A DNA stretch of 64,000 nucleotides from Patescibacteria group bacterium (GTDB taxonomy: Bacteria > Patescibacteriota > Minisyncoccia > Phycocordibacterales > Phycocordibacteraceae). The notes under the pieces are model-generated. The model did not search any database and was not told the DNA's origin. It was given only the letters and a program-made list of their open reading frames with translations. Positions 48,749 to 58,987 of this stretch are shown here, piece after piece. The stretch's first letter is position 1. Each line of letters begins with the position of its first letter. The stretch spans positions 62 through 64,061 of the forward strand of contig JANLHF010000001.1 of NCBI GenBank assembly GCA_024653825.1, in the 5' to 3' direction. A program made the translations under genes and the position numbers.

Positions 48749-49750
48749 TTAGAAAATATCACCAGACTTTTCACCGCTCAAATAGGAGCGACCTTGAGGA
48801 GTGAGGATGCGACCACGAGAAGAGCGTTCGATAAATCCGAGGCGAAGGAGGTATGGTTCGTAGACATGCTCGACCGTGTCGGGGTCTTCGTGAAGAGCCG
48901 CCGCAACTGCACGGACGCCGGCAGGACCGCCACGGAAACTCTTGAGCAGTGTTTCAAGGTACCGTCGGTCATCTTTAGTAAGGCCTTGAGCATCGATGCC
49001 AAAAAGGTCACATGCTTCATCGCAAAGGGCTGCAGAGAGTTTTCGGTTGTGGACTTCAGAGAAGTCACGCACCCGCTTCAAGAGGGCGTTCGCGACACGT
49101 GGCGTCGCGCGACTTCTCGCAGCGATACGGTCGATGACTTCTTCTGGCGCACTAAGATCAAGGAGGAGCGCCGAACGGCGAATGATGTCACGCAAGTCTT
49201 CATCATTATAAAAATCGAGCTGAAAGACGCCGCCGCCGAAGCGTGAGCGGAGCGGCCCCGAGAGTTCTGCAACGCGTGTTGTCGCCCCGACGAGGGTGAA
49301 AGGGGGGAGGGAGAGTTCAACGGTTCGCGCTGACGGACCCTTCCCCAAAATAATATCGAGATGTCCGGACTCAAGGGCAGGGTAAAGAAGCTCCTCTATT
49401 TTTCTCGAAAGCCGATGAATTTCATCGATAAATAAAACAGTGTTTGGTTCAAGGTTCGTGAGAATGGCGGCGAGGTCGCCTGCCCGCTCGATAGCGACAC
49501 CAGAGGTATTCTTCAAGGGCGATTTAAGCGTCGCGGCGACGAGGTGGGCGAGGGTCGTCTTCCCGACGCCCGGCGGCCCATAGAAGAGGATGTGCTCCGG
49601 CATCCCGCCGCGCTTTTTCGCAGCATCAATGGCGATGCGAACGTTCGCCTTCACCTGCTTCTGGCCGACGTATTCGTCCCAATTGACAGGCCGGAGCGCC
49701 ATGTCGAGCGATTTGGTCAGAGGCAGGAGCGTCGCGAGAGGACTTGACAT
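48749..49750 (-). CDS. ruvB: Holliday junction helicase RuvB
   Basis: LRP..W.EYVGQ, GPPGVGKTT, FIDEIHR, FTLVGATT, TPR.A. Confidence 0.98.
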   Translation of the reverse strand: MSSPLATLLPLTKSLDMALRPVNWDEYVGQKQVKANVRIAIDAAKKRGGMPEHILFYGPPGVGKTTLAHLVAATLKSPLKNTSGVAIERAGDLAAILTNLEPNTVLFIDEIHRLSRKIEELLYPALESGHLDIILGKGPSARTVELSLPPFTLVGATTRVAELSGPLRSRFGGGVFQLDFYNDEDLRDIIRRSALLLDLSAPEEVIDRIAARSRATPRVANALLKRVRDFSEVHNRKLSAALCDEACDLFGIDAQGLTKDDRRYLETLLKSFRGGPAGVRAVAAALHEDPDTVEHVYEPYLLRLGFIERSSRGRILTPQGRSYLSGEKSGDIF

Positions 49751-50064
49751 AAAAATGGTGTGATGCTAGCATTCTATCATAGTTTTTTGTTCCTGTTCAT
49801 ACTCCTCTAGGCAAGGCTTGACGGCTTCGGGCGTTTCCCCAAGGACTCTTTGGTCTCACGACTTCGGTCGTGTTGCTGTGGAAATCCTCAGGTGTCTCGT
49901 CCACCCCGCGATTTATTGCGGGTTTTGCCTTGAGGACTATGAACGGGAAGAGAGGTTAAAACGATGTGAGTCATCTCATATCGTTTTGCACCGAACGACT
50001 GTTCATATGCTTACATATGGATGGGATTTCGTTCCTTCCAGAATTAACCAAGGAGGTTCATCAG

Positions 50065-50283
50065 ATGATAAAAATCAGGTCGCTTTCGCCCAAAATACGG
50101 GCGCAGCTTTCGGCAATGGTTATTGGATGGGCGACGTGTCCCCACTGCAATCGGGACGACGTGAATGTCGTCAATGACGATGGGCCAAAAGGGAACCCCA
50201 ATTTCCACTATTTCGAGAACCACTCCCCTCAAGGCAGTGACATTCTCTGTGATGGAAGTGAAGAGCTCCTTTCAAAACTCTAG
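50065..50283 (+). CDS. small putative zinc-finger protein
   Basis: AAGGAGG SD; CPHC...H-x8-C.GS; terminator follows. Confidence 0.6.
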   Translation: MIKIRSLSPKIRAQLSAMVIGWATCPHCNRDDVNVVNDDGPKGNPNFHYFENHSPQGSDILCDGSEELLSKL

Positions 50284-50341
50284 ATCGACCCACGCCCGAC
50301 AGAAATCACCCAATGATTCTGTTGGGCGATTTCTTTTTATG

Positions 50342-52015
50342 TTATGCGCGCGGGAGGTCGACGCTGGCGGCGACTTCGGAGAGGGACGTGATGCCGTTCA
50401 ACGCTTTGATGATGCCGTCCTGCGCCATGGTGAGATACCCCTGCTTAGCGGCGAGTTTGGCGATTTCATTTTCTGACGGATTGTCGCGCAAGAATGTTGC
50501 GAGCTCGTCATCCATAAATATTGCTTCATAGAGACCAACACGGCCTTTGTAGCCTGTTTCATCTTCGTTTGCAGGAGCCGGTTCCCAGACGGTGTCTATT
50601 TTTTCGGGTATCAAACTCTTGTCGGCGAGCGGAGCGAACACTTTATCTATCATTTTTTTCTCTTCAGCGGTGAGTGGGCGTTCCTTCCTTTTTTCCGGGT
50701 CGAGTTTGCGCACCAGACGCTGGGCCATCGAGACAGTGACGGAGGAGCCGAAGGACTTCGGGTCCGCGCCGAGGTCGACGAGGCGCGGGAAGGTGCCGGC
50801 CGCGTCGTTGGTGTGGAGGGTTGAGAAGACGAAGTGGCCCGTGAGCGCCGCTTGAATAGCAATATTTGCCGTCTCACCATCGCGAATTTCGCCGACCATG
50901 ATGATGTCGGGATCCTGGCGCACGATGGAGCGAAGACCTTCAGCGAAGGTATACTTCGTCCCCTCGACCTGTGTTTGTACGACACCCTCGAGATGATATT
51001 CAACCGGGTCTTCGATTGTGATGATCTTCGTCTCGGGTGAGTGGATTTCGCGCAGGAATGAATAGAGTGTTGTCGTTTTGCCGCTCCCCGTCGGTCCGGT
51101 GGTCAGCAGCATCCCGTTCGGGCGCCGGATCTCGGTCTCGAGCCGCGCGAGGAGTTTCGGGTGGATACCGAGCTCTTTGTACGAAACCTTTGTTGCCTCA
51201 GGATCGAGAATACGCATCACGATGGATTCGCCGTAGTTGCCCGGAATAAAGGAGACGCGCATCTCGATCTGGGTTGTTCCTTTCGTAATACTGAAACGGC
51301 CGTCTTGTGCACGGTTCGTGACATTCAACTTCACTCCAGAGAGCAGTTTGATGCGCGAGTTGATCTGGTGATAGGTGGCGGGGTCAAAAAAATAAACGTC
51401 GGAGAGAAGTCCGTCGATACGCAGACGAAGAAGCGTTTTGTCTTCTCTCGGCTCGAAGTGGACATCAGACGCGCGGAGGGTGAAGGCGCCCGCGAGGATA
51501 AGTTCGAAAATATGAGTGACACGGTCGAGCGCCTTGAGCTCGGTTGTGGCATCAAGTTCTTTCTCTAATGCCTTGCGTGTACCGATTTCCTGTGAGAGTT
51601 TCTCCAAAGTCTCAGGAGCGACATTAAAAGAGCCCGCCTTAGATTCGGTCGTGAATGAGAGGTCATTGTAACGTTCAAGAACTCTATCAAGGCTTTTTTT
51701 AGAGACGAGGAATTCCTGCACAGAAAATCCCCGTTCGACAAGGCCCTCACGGAGTTTCGTAAGTGCAGGGTTGTTCGGGTTGTGCACGGCGAGGGAGAGA
51801 TCTTTTGCGTTTTTTGCAAAGGCAGCCGCCTCGGCGAGGCGAGCTGTCTCTTGGGGAATAAGGCGAAGGGCGTCGGAATCTATCTCCCCCAGCGAAAGGT
51901 CGGCGTAGGCCAGACCGTATTTATCCGAGAGGATGTGCGCGACATCTTCTTCCTCGCGCTCTCGTATCCCTGCAAGTTTTACCTCGGCGTCTTCGGCTCC
52001 AAGCGGTGAATCCAT
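50342..52015 (-). CDS. second PilB/GspE family ATPase
   Basis: ASDVHFEP, AQDGRF, GPTGSGKTTTLY, RQDPDIIMVGEIRD, GYKGR. Confidence 0.94.
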   Translation of the reverse strand: MDSPLGAEDAEVKLAGIREREEEDVAHILSDKYGLAYADLSLGEIDSDALRLIPQETARLAEAAAFAKNAKDLSLAVHNPNNPALTKLREGLVERGFSVQEFLVSKKSLDRVLERYNDLSFTTESKAGSFNVAPETLEKLSQEIGTRKALEKELDATTELKALDRVTHIFELILAGAFTLRASDVHFEPREDKTLLRLRIDGLLSDVYFFDPATYHQINSRIKLLSGVKLNVTNRAQDGRFSITKGTTQIEMRVSFIPGNYGESIVMRILDPEATKVSYKELGIHPKLLARLETEIRRPNGMLLTTGPTGSGKTTTLYSFLREIHSPETKIITIEDPVEYHLEGVVQTQVEGTKYTFAEGLRSIVRQDPDIIMVGEIRDGETANIAIQAALTGHFVFSTLHTNDAAGTFPRLVDLGADPKSFGSSVTVSMAQRLVRKLDPEKRKERPLTAEEKKMIDKVFAPLADKSLIPEKIDTVWEPAPANEDETGYKGRVGLYEAIFMDDELATFLRDNPSENEIAKLAAKQGYLTMAQDGIIKALNGITSLSEVAASVDLPRA

Positions 52016-52083
52016 GGCCCTATAGTACCACCTCTCCTTGGGGGCGGGCATGTTACCGGTTTCAGCGGTACAATATCTATACG

Positions 52084-52521
52084 ATGGAGAAAGTAGTACA
52101 AACACTGGCCGAATTTGAAGCGGAGGCTGCGCGATTTGCGGGGTCTTTTGTACGGCACAAGGAAGTAGCAACACTCATTACTCTCTCGGGAGAACTCGGC
52201 GCGGGGAAGACCTCTTTTACAAGATCAGTTGCAAAGGCACTCGGAGTTGAAGAAACGGTTACGAGCCCGACCTTCGTTCTAGAAAAAATATACCTTCTTC
52301 CTCCCGGGAAAAATTTCAAACGCCTCATCCATATCGACGCGTATCGTCTCGAAAAGGGAAGTACTCTCGCCCCGCTTGGTTTTGACGAGTTAATGCAAGA
52401 CGCAGGTAACCTTATATTGCTTGAATGGCCCGAGAGAGTTGACGAAGTGCTCCCTGCGCCGGCCAAGAAAATCTCTTTTCTCGTTTCTCCCAATGGAGCC
52501 CGCACGATTTCGTATGACTAA
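52084..52521 (+). CDS. tsaE: tRNA t6A biosynthesis ATPase TsaE
   Basis: GELGAGKT, SPTF, HIDAYRL, EWPE. Confidence 0.96.
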   Translation: MEKVVQTLAEFEAEAARFAGSFVRHKEVATLITLSGELGAGKTSFTRSVAKALGVEETVTSPTFVLEKIYLLPPGKNFKRLIHIDAYRLEKGSTLAPLGFDELMQDAGNLILLEWPERVDEVLPAPAKKISFLVSPNGARTISYD

Positions 52522-54913
52522 AAAAACGACCACAAAGAAACGCATCGTACTTCTCGACACACACGCGATCATCCATCGTGCCTACCACGCCCTTGCTGCG
52601 GCAGAACTCACAAGCCCGAGCGGCGCGCCGGTCGGTGCGCTCTACGGTCTCGTCTCGATGCTTCTCAAAATCATTTCCGACTTGAAGCCGGACTACATCG
52701 CTGCATGCTACGACCTACCGAAGCCGACCATCCGTCATGAAGCCTATGCGGACTACAAGGCGGCGCGCGTGAAGATGGAGGACTCGCTCTCTCAACAGAT
52801 ACAAGAATCGCACAAGGTGTTTGAAGCTTTTTCCATACCGAAATATGATCGCGCGGGATTCGAGGCCGACGATCTTCTTGGGACAATCGCGCACGAATTG
52901 CGGACGGAAAAAAATGTGGACGTCATCATTGCATCGGGCGATATGGATACCCTCCAGCTCGTCGATGATACCCGTGTCCGCGTCTACACGCTGAAAAAAG
53001 GAATGAACGATACGATCCTCTATGACGAAAAAGCCGTGGTAGCACGGTTCGGTTTTCCGCCCACTCTTATTCCAGACTGGAAGGGTCTTCGTGGCGACCC
53101 CTCGGACAATATTAAGGGTGTGCCCGGTATCGGCGAGAAGACGGCAACCGACCTTATAACCGGATTTGGTTCAATCGAGAAAATATACACGGCTCTTAAA
53201 AAGAAAAACAGCGAAGAAGTCTTTCTTAAGAAGGGAATAAAGGCGCGTATGATTGGTCTCTTGAAAGAACACGAGGAGGATGCGCGCTTCTCCAAGTCTC
53301 TCGCGACTATTCGGCTTGATGCGCCGATCGCTTTCGCTCTCCCAGAACATGCGTGGCATAAGAATATCGAACTCGGGAAGGTCCTCACCCTTCTCGATGA
53401 ACTTGGATTCAGATCGCTACGCGACCGCACACGTACCGTACTCTTACACTCGATCGGAGAAGAACATCCGTCTCAAGAAGCGCCCGAGCCCACTCCGGAA
53501 GAAGTGGATACGGCCAGTTTTGCAAAGGCACAAGTAAAACTGTGGCTCCTCGCGTCGGACTTTACCAATCCAACGCTCGACGATCTCCTTGCCTTCACCA
53601 AAAAAACGGTGTTCGCCGATGCCGATGCCGAACTTTCTAAACTAATCGGCGGAACGGGCCGGCTACGCGAGGTATACGAGAAGATTGAAGAACCTCTCAT
53701 TCCGGTGGTGGCGCATATGACTGAAAAAGGGGTGCTCATCGACACCAACGTGCTTGGTGGTCTCGGTAAAAAATATCGCGCCGAGCTCGAGGTTCTCGAA
53801 CAGAAAATATACAAGTCTGCGGGGCGCGAGTTTAATGTGAGTTCTCCAAAACAACTCGGCGAAGTGCTCTTCGACGAATTGAAAATTATCCCCGAACGGC
53901 AGAAGAAGACCGCGGGAGGGGCCCGCTCCACGCGCGAGAGCGAACTCGAAAAGATTCGCGAGATGCACCCCATCGTGAACGATATTCTTGAATATCGAGA
54001 GTTGAAAAAACTTCTCTCGACCTACATCGAGAATCTCCCGCCGCTTCTTGATGGACAGAAACGTCTGCATGCTGAATTTCTTCAGACCGGTACCACGACT
54101 GGTCGTATGTCGAGCCAGAATCCGAATCTGCAGAATATCCCGTTGCATTCCGAACGCGGGAGAGCAATTCGTGATGCATTCGTTGCGCCGAGCGGCTTCT
54201 CGCTCGTCGCACTCGACTATTCACAGATCGAATTGCGGCTTGCGGCCATTCTCTCGGGCGATGAAAAGCTCTGTGCCATCTTTAAAAGTGGACGCGACGT
54301 ACACCGAGAGGTCGCCGCATATATGTTTGGCGTCGAGCCTGAGAACGTAGATACTGAGATGAGGCGCCGTGCGAAGGTCACCAACTTCGGCATTCTCTAT
54401 GGGATGGGAGTGAATGCACTCCGGGCACAGCTTGGTAGCACGACCGCGGAGGCGCATCAATATCTCGAAGAATATTTCAGTACATTCAAGACTCTCTCGG
54501 ACTATCTTGAAAGCACTCGGGGATTTGCACGCAAGCATGGGTATACCGAGACGCTCTTTGGTCGTCGCCGACAGTTTCCCGAAATGAAATCATCTCTGCC
54601 ATATGTGCGTGCGCAGGCTGAACGTATGGCAATTAATGCCCCGATTCAAGGAACACAGGCAGATATTATCAAGCTCGCGATGGTGCAGGTGGACGAGATG
54701 CTGACGAAAGAGAATGCACAGGAAGACGCGCACCTCCTTCTTCAGGTGCACGACGAGCTCGTGTACGAGATTCGCACAGAACGCGCGAATGGCCTCGGCG
54801 GGCAGATACAAAAGATTATGGAAGAGGTCCTCATGGAGGAAAAAACGCGCGGTGTTCCCATTCTTGCGGTGATGAAGTCTGGTCCCAATTGGGGCGAGAT
54901 GAAGGTTGTATGA
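52514..54913 (+). CDS. polA: DNA polymerase I
   Basis: 5'-3' exonuclease (EADD, GDPSDNIKGVPGIGEKTA) and polymerase motifs (TGRMSSQNPNLQNIP, DYSQIELR, NFGILYG, QVHDE); proofreading region shortened. Confidence 0.97.
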   Translation: MTKKTTTKKRIVLLDTHAIIHRAYHALAAAELTSPSGAPVGALYGLVSMLLKIISDLKPDYIAACYDLPKPTIRHEAYADYKAARVKMEDSLSQQIQESHKVFEAFSIPKYDRAGFEADDLLGTIAHELRTEKNVDVIIASGDMDTLQLVDDTRVRVYTLKKGMNDTILYDEKAVVARFGFPPTLIPDWKGLRGDPSDNIKGVPGIGEKTATDLITGFGSIEKIYTALKKKNSEEVFLKKGIKARMIGLLKEHEEDARFSKSLATIRLDAPIAFALPEHAWHKNIELGKVLTLLDELGFRSLRDRTRTVLLHSIGEEHPSQEAPEPTPEEVDTASFAKAQVKLWLLASDFTNPTLDDLLAFTKKTVFADADAELSKLIGGTGRLREVYEKIEEPLIPVVAHMTEKGVLIDTNVLGGLGKKYRAELEVLEQKIYKSAGREFNVSSPKQLGEVLFDELKIIPERQKKTAGGARSTRESELEKIREMHPIVNDILEYRELKKLLSTYIENLPPLLDGQKRLHAEFLQTGTTTGRMSSQNPNLQNIPLHSERGRAIRDAFVAPSGFSLVALDYSQIELRLAAILSGDEKLCAIFKSGRDVHREVAAYMFGVEPENVDTEMRRRAKVTNFGILYGMGVNALRAQLGSTTAEAHQYLEEYFSTFKTLSDYLESTRGFARKHGYTETLFGRRRQFPEMKSSLPYVRAQAERMAINAPIQGTQADIIKLAMVQVDEMLTKENAQEDAHLLLQVHDELVYEIRTERANGLGGQIQKIMEEVLMEEKTRGVPILAVMKSGPNWGEMKVV

Positions 54914-55593
54914 TCTACTTTTTCCATGGGTCTGATGTTGAGAAAACGCGCACGAAAGCGTTCGAATGGATTGCAAAGGCGAGAGAGAAGGAGCCGAATC
55001 TCGCCTACGTACGGCTCGCGCGCGAGGAACTTACTGACGCCACACTTGAAGACGCGTCGCTTTCGGGCGGACTGTTCGTATCGCGGCTCTTGGTGCTTAT
55101 TGATGATCCTTTTCCTGCCACGCGAGCAGTGAATGAAGATGGAGAAAAAGAAAACACCGAAACTGTTTTTGAAAATCACCTCGACAGACTCGCTGTCTCC
55201 GATAACGCAGTCATTGTTCTCGCACCAAAACTTGTCGCGGCGAAGGTGAAGAAGGTCGTAGCAAAAGCAAAAATGACCTATACCTACGACAAACATGTCG
55301 CACGCGAAGACGTGCACGGATTTAATACGAACCTTGTAAATGCACTCACCGCGCGTAGTCGAGAAAAACTTTGGCTTGAAATTAACCGCGCATTGTACGC
55401 GGGCGACGCGCCCGAAATGATCCTCGGTCTCCTGCACTGGAAAGCGCGCGACTTGATGGAGAAGGGGAGTCACTTGTGGAAGCCGCAAGAAACACGCTCG
55501 CTTTCGCTCGCGCTCATCTTGATCCTCCAGTCCTCTCGCCGAGGAGGCCTTGATCTCGATTTGGCACTAGAACACTTTGCATTGGACGTCTAA
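54910..55593 (+). CDS. putative DNA polymerase III delta subunit (HolA-like)
   Basis: MIYFFHGSD...GGLF..RLLVL; PEMILGLL.W; coupled to polA. Confidence 0.65.
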   Translation: MIYFFHGSDVEKTRTKAFEWIAKAREKEPNLAYVRLAREELTDATLEDASLSGGLFVSRLLVLIDDPFPATRAVNEDGEKENTETVFENHLDRLAVSDNAVIVLAPKLVAAKVKKVVAKAKMTYTYDKHVAREDVHGFNTNLVNALTARSREKLWLEINRALYAGDAPEMILGLLHWKARDLMEKGSHLWKPQETRSLSLALILILQSSRRGGLDLDLALEHFALDV

Positions 55594-55649
55594 AATAGAG
55601 TAGAGTATCAAAATGCGTTCGTATGGAGTACCATACCGTGCGCTCGTTC

Positions 55650-55722
55650 GCGCCCGTAGCTCAGCTGGTAGAGCAGCTCCCTTTTAAGGAGAAGGTCGCA
55701 GGATCGTTCCCTGCCGGGCGCA
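55650..55722 (+). tRNA. tRNA-Lys(TTT)
   Basis: GCGCCCG TAGCTCAGCTGGTAGAGC...CT TTT AA...T-loop ATCGTTC...CGGGCGC A. Confidence 0.92.
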
Positions 55723-55737
55723 CCGGATCGTTCTAGA

Positions 55738-56697
55738 TTAGTAGCTAAACGCATCCACAGTCTTACCGTTCACGTCGAGGAGCTTCACCAGCTCGTGCTG
55801 GGTGCGCCACATAGCATTGGTGCGACCGAGATAAATACGCCATGTATCGCCCAGGAAGTCGGCATCGTTTTGGTGAGCAGAGACGCACCCATTGTAGTTA
55901 AGGTATTTCACCAAGAAACTCTGGCAGGACCCTGACACAGTTGTGGGGGGAGTGAGCACTACCTGACAGCGCGAAAGACGATTCACATAATCGATACATC
56001 CGGTATCTCGAATAGAGCCCGAGTAAAAAGAAGAGAGTTCTGTCGAGGGAGCGGGACAATTTTGCGGTAGTTGGGGAGAAAATTGCTGGAAGGAACTGAA
56101 GTAGCCGATGCACTTATTTTCACGGAACGAAGCACCAATGGGCGATCTACCGGAAATAATAAGAGCGCGTACTCCCGGTTGGAGCACAATATCCTGCGCA
56201 GCATTGATGGTGCCAGAAGAAGGGACTTCAGTCCCTCTCGGGATATTCTTCGCATTGCCGCTTACATCGCTTACAAGGGTCCATTCAGAAAGATCGATTG
56301 GGATTCCCGAGCCTTGTGCTATGGAAAGTTCCAGATATTCATTTTTTGGGTCGGACCCGGCACTCGAAACGTAGTGATTCATCCTGACGGCGTTTCGATA
56401 AGGGGAAGGAGTGCCAAAAACACCATTCGAGAATGTTGAGGACCCATCAGAACTTCCTGACCCTCCGACACTCCCGCCTCCGCTCGAAGAGCCTGGTAGA
56501 GAGACATTGTTTCCAGTACCTCCTATGCCGAAAGGCGCCCGGGGGAGTTGTAGATAAGTACCTCCACCGAGTTCTTGGGGCGCTGCGAGTCTTGGGCCGG
56601 TGAAGGCGATAGGGTGAAGGGGGCCACCTGTGGCGGCCCAGATAAGAAAAATGAAAACAAACACTCCTATGAAAAACCACGCATCATGCATTTCCAT
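55738..56697 (-). CDS. membrane-anchored hypothetical protein (lamin-tail-like features)
   Basis: N-terminal TM, Gly/Ser linker, EYLEL...IDLSEWTL, VKLLD.NGKTVD. Confidence 0.72.
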   Translation of the reverse strand: MEMHDAWFFIGVFVFIFLIWAATGGPLHPIAFTGPRLAAPQELGGGTYLQLPRAPFGIGGTGNNVSLPGSSSGGGSVGGSGSSDGSSTFSNGVFGTPSPYRNAVRMNHYVSSAGSDPKNEYLELSIAQGSGIPIDLSEWTLVSDVSGNAKNIPRGTEVPSSGTINAAQDIVLQPGVRALIISGRSPIGASFRENKCIGYFSSFQQFSPQLPQNCPAPSTELSSFYSGSIRDTGCIDYVNRLSRCQVVLTPPTTVSGSCQSFLVKYLNYNGCVSAHQNDADFLGDTWRIYLGRTNAMWRTQHELVKLLDVNGKTVDAFSY

Positions 56698-56709
56698 ACG
56701 GGAATTGTA

Positions 56710-57987
56710 TCAAAGTTTTTGAAGGAGTCTTTCGATCTCCTCTCGCGTGACGTTCGCGTCGCTCCACGGAATTTTAGAGCCCCTGGGACCCATAATAAAA
56801 GGGTCGGTTCCTTTGCCGGAGATAAGAACAGCATCGCCGGGGTGCGCCGCGCAGAGCGCGGCGCGTATCGCCTCACGTCGGTCAAAAATGATTTCAGGCG
56901 TACGCTTCATTCCGGCTGCCATTGCATCGATGATGGAATGAGGGTTTTCATCATAAGGGTCTTCGTTCGTGAGAATGACTTTCTCGCATGTTTCATCAGC
57001 GATTCGACCCATCTCCGACCTTTTCCAAGTGTCGCGTCCGCCACCGGTATTTCCGAGAACGCAAATTTTCCGGCGATTCGGAAATGCGGCGTACAGCGCA
57101 CGGAGCGAGTCCGGCGTGTGAGCATAATCGACAATTGCGACAAAATCCTGCCCAGCATCAATTCTCTCGACACGGCCGCGCACGACCGGAAGGTTTGCGA
57201 GCGCTGACGATATCGTCGAAGCAGGAATGCCGATGCTTTCGCAATATTTTATCGCCGCAAGTGCGTTCAGTGCGTTAAAGGTTCCCGGCAAGGGGAGGAA
57301 GAATGGCACGCCCGTATACTCAAAACTGATATGCTGGTCATCTCCAGAGAGGTGTTGCAACTCATTCGTACTAAATCCGATGACCCGCGGGACTTTCGCG
57401 GTGAGGAAGGAACGGCTCTCTGGAATATCCTCATTTGCGACGAGTATTTGGGAATGCTTCGGTGATCTAACGAGCGTGTCGACGAGGGTGCGTTTGGCAG
57501 CGACATACTTCTCAAATGAGCCGTGACTCTCTATATGTTCGCGCTGGATATTGGTAACGATAAGCCCGTCGAGATTGAGAAACCAGTGGCGATACTGCAG
57601 GACACTTTCTGAGGTCACCTCAATGACGAGGTGTGTACATCCTGCCTCGAGTGCCCGACGCATAAAAGCTTGTGCGAAGCCACGACCCTGGAGCGTCATT
57701 TTGTAGCGATTTGGCTCGGACTTGTCTTCGATAGCGAATCGGATAGTGGAGATGAGTGCAGTTTTATGTCCGGCTGCCCGGAGGATCGCGAATACCATTT
57801 CGGCAGTCGTCGATTTCCCTTTGGTGCCAGTGATACCGATGACGATAAGCTTCTGGGCAGGGAAGCCGTACGAAAGCGCCATACCAAAAGAGAGAAGCCG
57901 ATGATACAGGGGACGGAAAAATCGCACGATCGGCTCGGGCACGATTTTTTTCAAAATACGCACGATCTCATTTACGGATGCATACAT
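56710..57987 (-). CDS. murE: Mur ligase, MurE-like
   Basis: GITGTKGKSTT, IEVTSE, GRVERI, VDYAHTPDSL, GGGRD, EDPYDE, GKG. Confidence 0.88.
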   Translation of the reverse strand: MYASVNEIVRILKKIVPEPIVRFFRPLYHRLLSFGMALSYGFPAQKLIVIGITGTKGKSTTAEMVFAILRAAGHKTALISTIRFAIEDKSEPNRYKMTLQGRGFAQAFMRRALEAGCTHLVIEVTSESVLQYRHWFLNLDGLIVTNIQREHIESHGSFEKYVAAKRTLVDTLVRSPKHSQILVANEDIPESRSFLTAKVPRVIGFSTNELQHLSGDDQHISFEYTGVPFFLPLPGTFNALNALAAIKYCESIGIPASTISSALANLPVVRGRVERIDAGQDFVAIVDYAHTPDSLRALYAAFPNRRKICVLGNTGGGRDTWKRSEMGRIADETCEKVILTNEDPYDENPHSIIDAMAAGMKRTPEIIFDRREAIRAALCAAHPGDAVLISGKGTDPFIMGPRGSKIPWSDANVTREEIERLLQKL

Positions 57988-57989
57988 AC

Positions 57990-58535
57990 TTACTGTCCCG
58001 AAGAGAGCGCCGCCTTCAGCCGCACATCCTTCCCCACAACACTGTCGGGAATTGATTGGAGTGCCCTGCGTGCTTCGCGCTCGGTATACCCGAGCGCGAC
58101 GAGAGTGTCGAACACCTCATTGTCTGCATTGTCATGTGCGGCATCGCCGACCTTCTCTGACAGTTCAACGAGCATTTTCTCCGCACTCTTTTTCCCAAGG
58201 CCAACAACTTTCGTGAGGTAGGCAAGATCGCGCTTACCGATAGCTCCGATGAGTGCGGCGCGCGGCGCGCGGCGTAAGACATTAAGTGCCGTCTTCGGGC
58301 CTACACCGGATACGGTAAGGATGAGTTCGAAGAAATCTCGGTCGGCGACGTCGGCGAAGCCATAGAGTTCCATCCCATCCTGTTTGACCGCGAGATGGGT
58401 CGCAAGGGAAGTCTCTCTCCCGGCGACGAGCAGTGTCGGCGTGCTTGTACGGACCTCGATACCGAAGCCCGCAACCTCAATAACGGCGCTCGTGGGACCT
58501 ACCGAAAGCACCTTCCCGCGTATCTCTCGAATCAT
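57990..58535 (-). CDS. ruvA: Holliday junction DNA-binding protein RuvA
   Basis: ELYGF, VSGVGPKTAL, GLGKKSAEKMLVEL, LVALGY. Confidence 0.96.
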   Translation of the reverse strand: MIREIRGKVLSVGPTSAVIEVAGFGIEVRTSTPTLLVAGRETSLATHLAVKQDGMELYGFADVADRDFFELILTVSGVGPKTALNVLRRAPRAALIGAIGKRDLAYLTKVVGLGKKSAEKMLVELSEKVGDAAHDNADNEVFDTLVALGYTEREARRALQSIPDSVVGKDVRLKAALSSGQ

Positions 58536-58593
58536 TCATCCATCGTACTACCATTTGCCAGTTCGCGGGAGATAGCGTATATATGAAAGATAT

Positions 58594-58857
58594 ATGGCAA
58601 TCACCAGCTCGGCAAAAAAAGCGATACGTTCCTCTGCGAGGAAGCACGTCTTTAACCTGCGCCGTAAGAACGTCCTTACCGACACGACAAAGTCGCTGCT
58701 TAAGGCGCTCGCCACCAAGGACGTCGCTAGTGCCGAGAAACTCCTCCCCGCGGCCTACAAGGCAATCGACAAGGCCTGCAAGACAGGAGTTATTAAGAAC
58801 AACACCGCAGACCGAAAGAAAGCCCGTCTCGCCGCCGCAATCAAACGCGCTAAGTAG
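58594..58857 (+). CDS. rpsT: 30S ribosomal protein S20
   Basis: SAKKAIR...IDKA.K.GVIK.NTA.RKKARL. Confidence 0.96.
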   Translation: MAITSSAKKAIRSSARKHVFNLRRKNVLTDTTKSLLKALATKDVASAEKLLPAAYKAIDKACKTGVIKNNTADRKKARLAAAIKRAK

Positions 58858-58929
58858 TGTCCTCGGCCGGAATCGAACCGGCGCCACTTCCTTCGGAGGG
58901 AAGTATTGTATCCATTCAACTACGAGGAC
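58858..58929 (-). tRNA. tRNA-Arg(CCG)
   Basis: GTCCTCG...CTTCC CT CCG AA GGAAG...TTCGATT...CGAGGAC A. Confidence 0.95.
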
Positions 58930-58951
58930 GAACTTTTCAATCCTAACTCTT

Positions 58952-58986
58952 AAATGAAAAAACGGCATCATGCCGTTTTTTCATTT
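58952..58986. repeat. perfect 17-bp-arm palindrome between tRNA genes
   Basis: AAATGAAAAAACGGCAT-c-ATGCCGTTTTTTCATTT; probably a bidirectional terminator or processing hairpin. Confidence 0.75.
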
Positions 58987-58987
58987 G

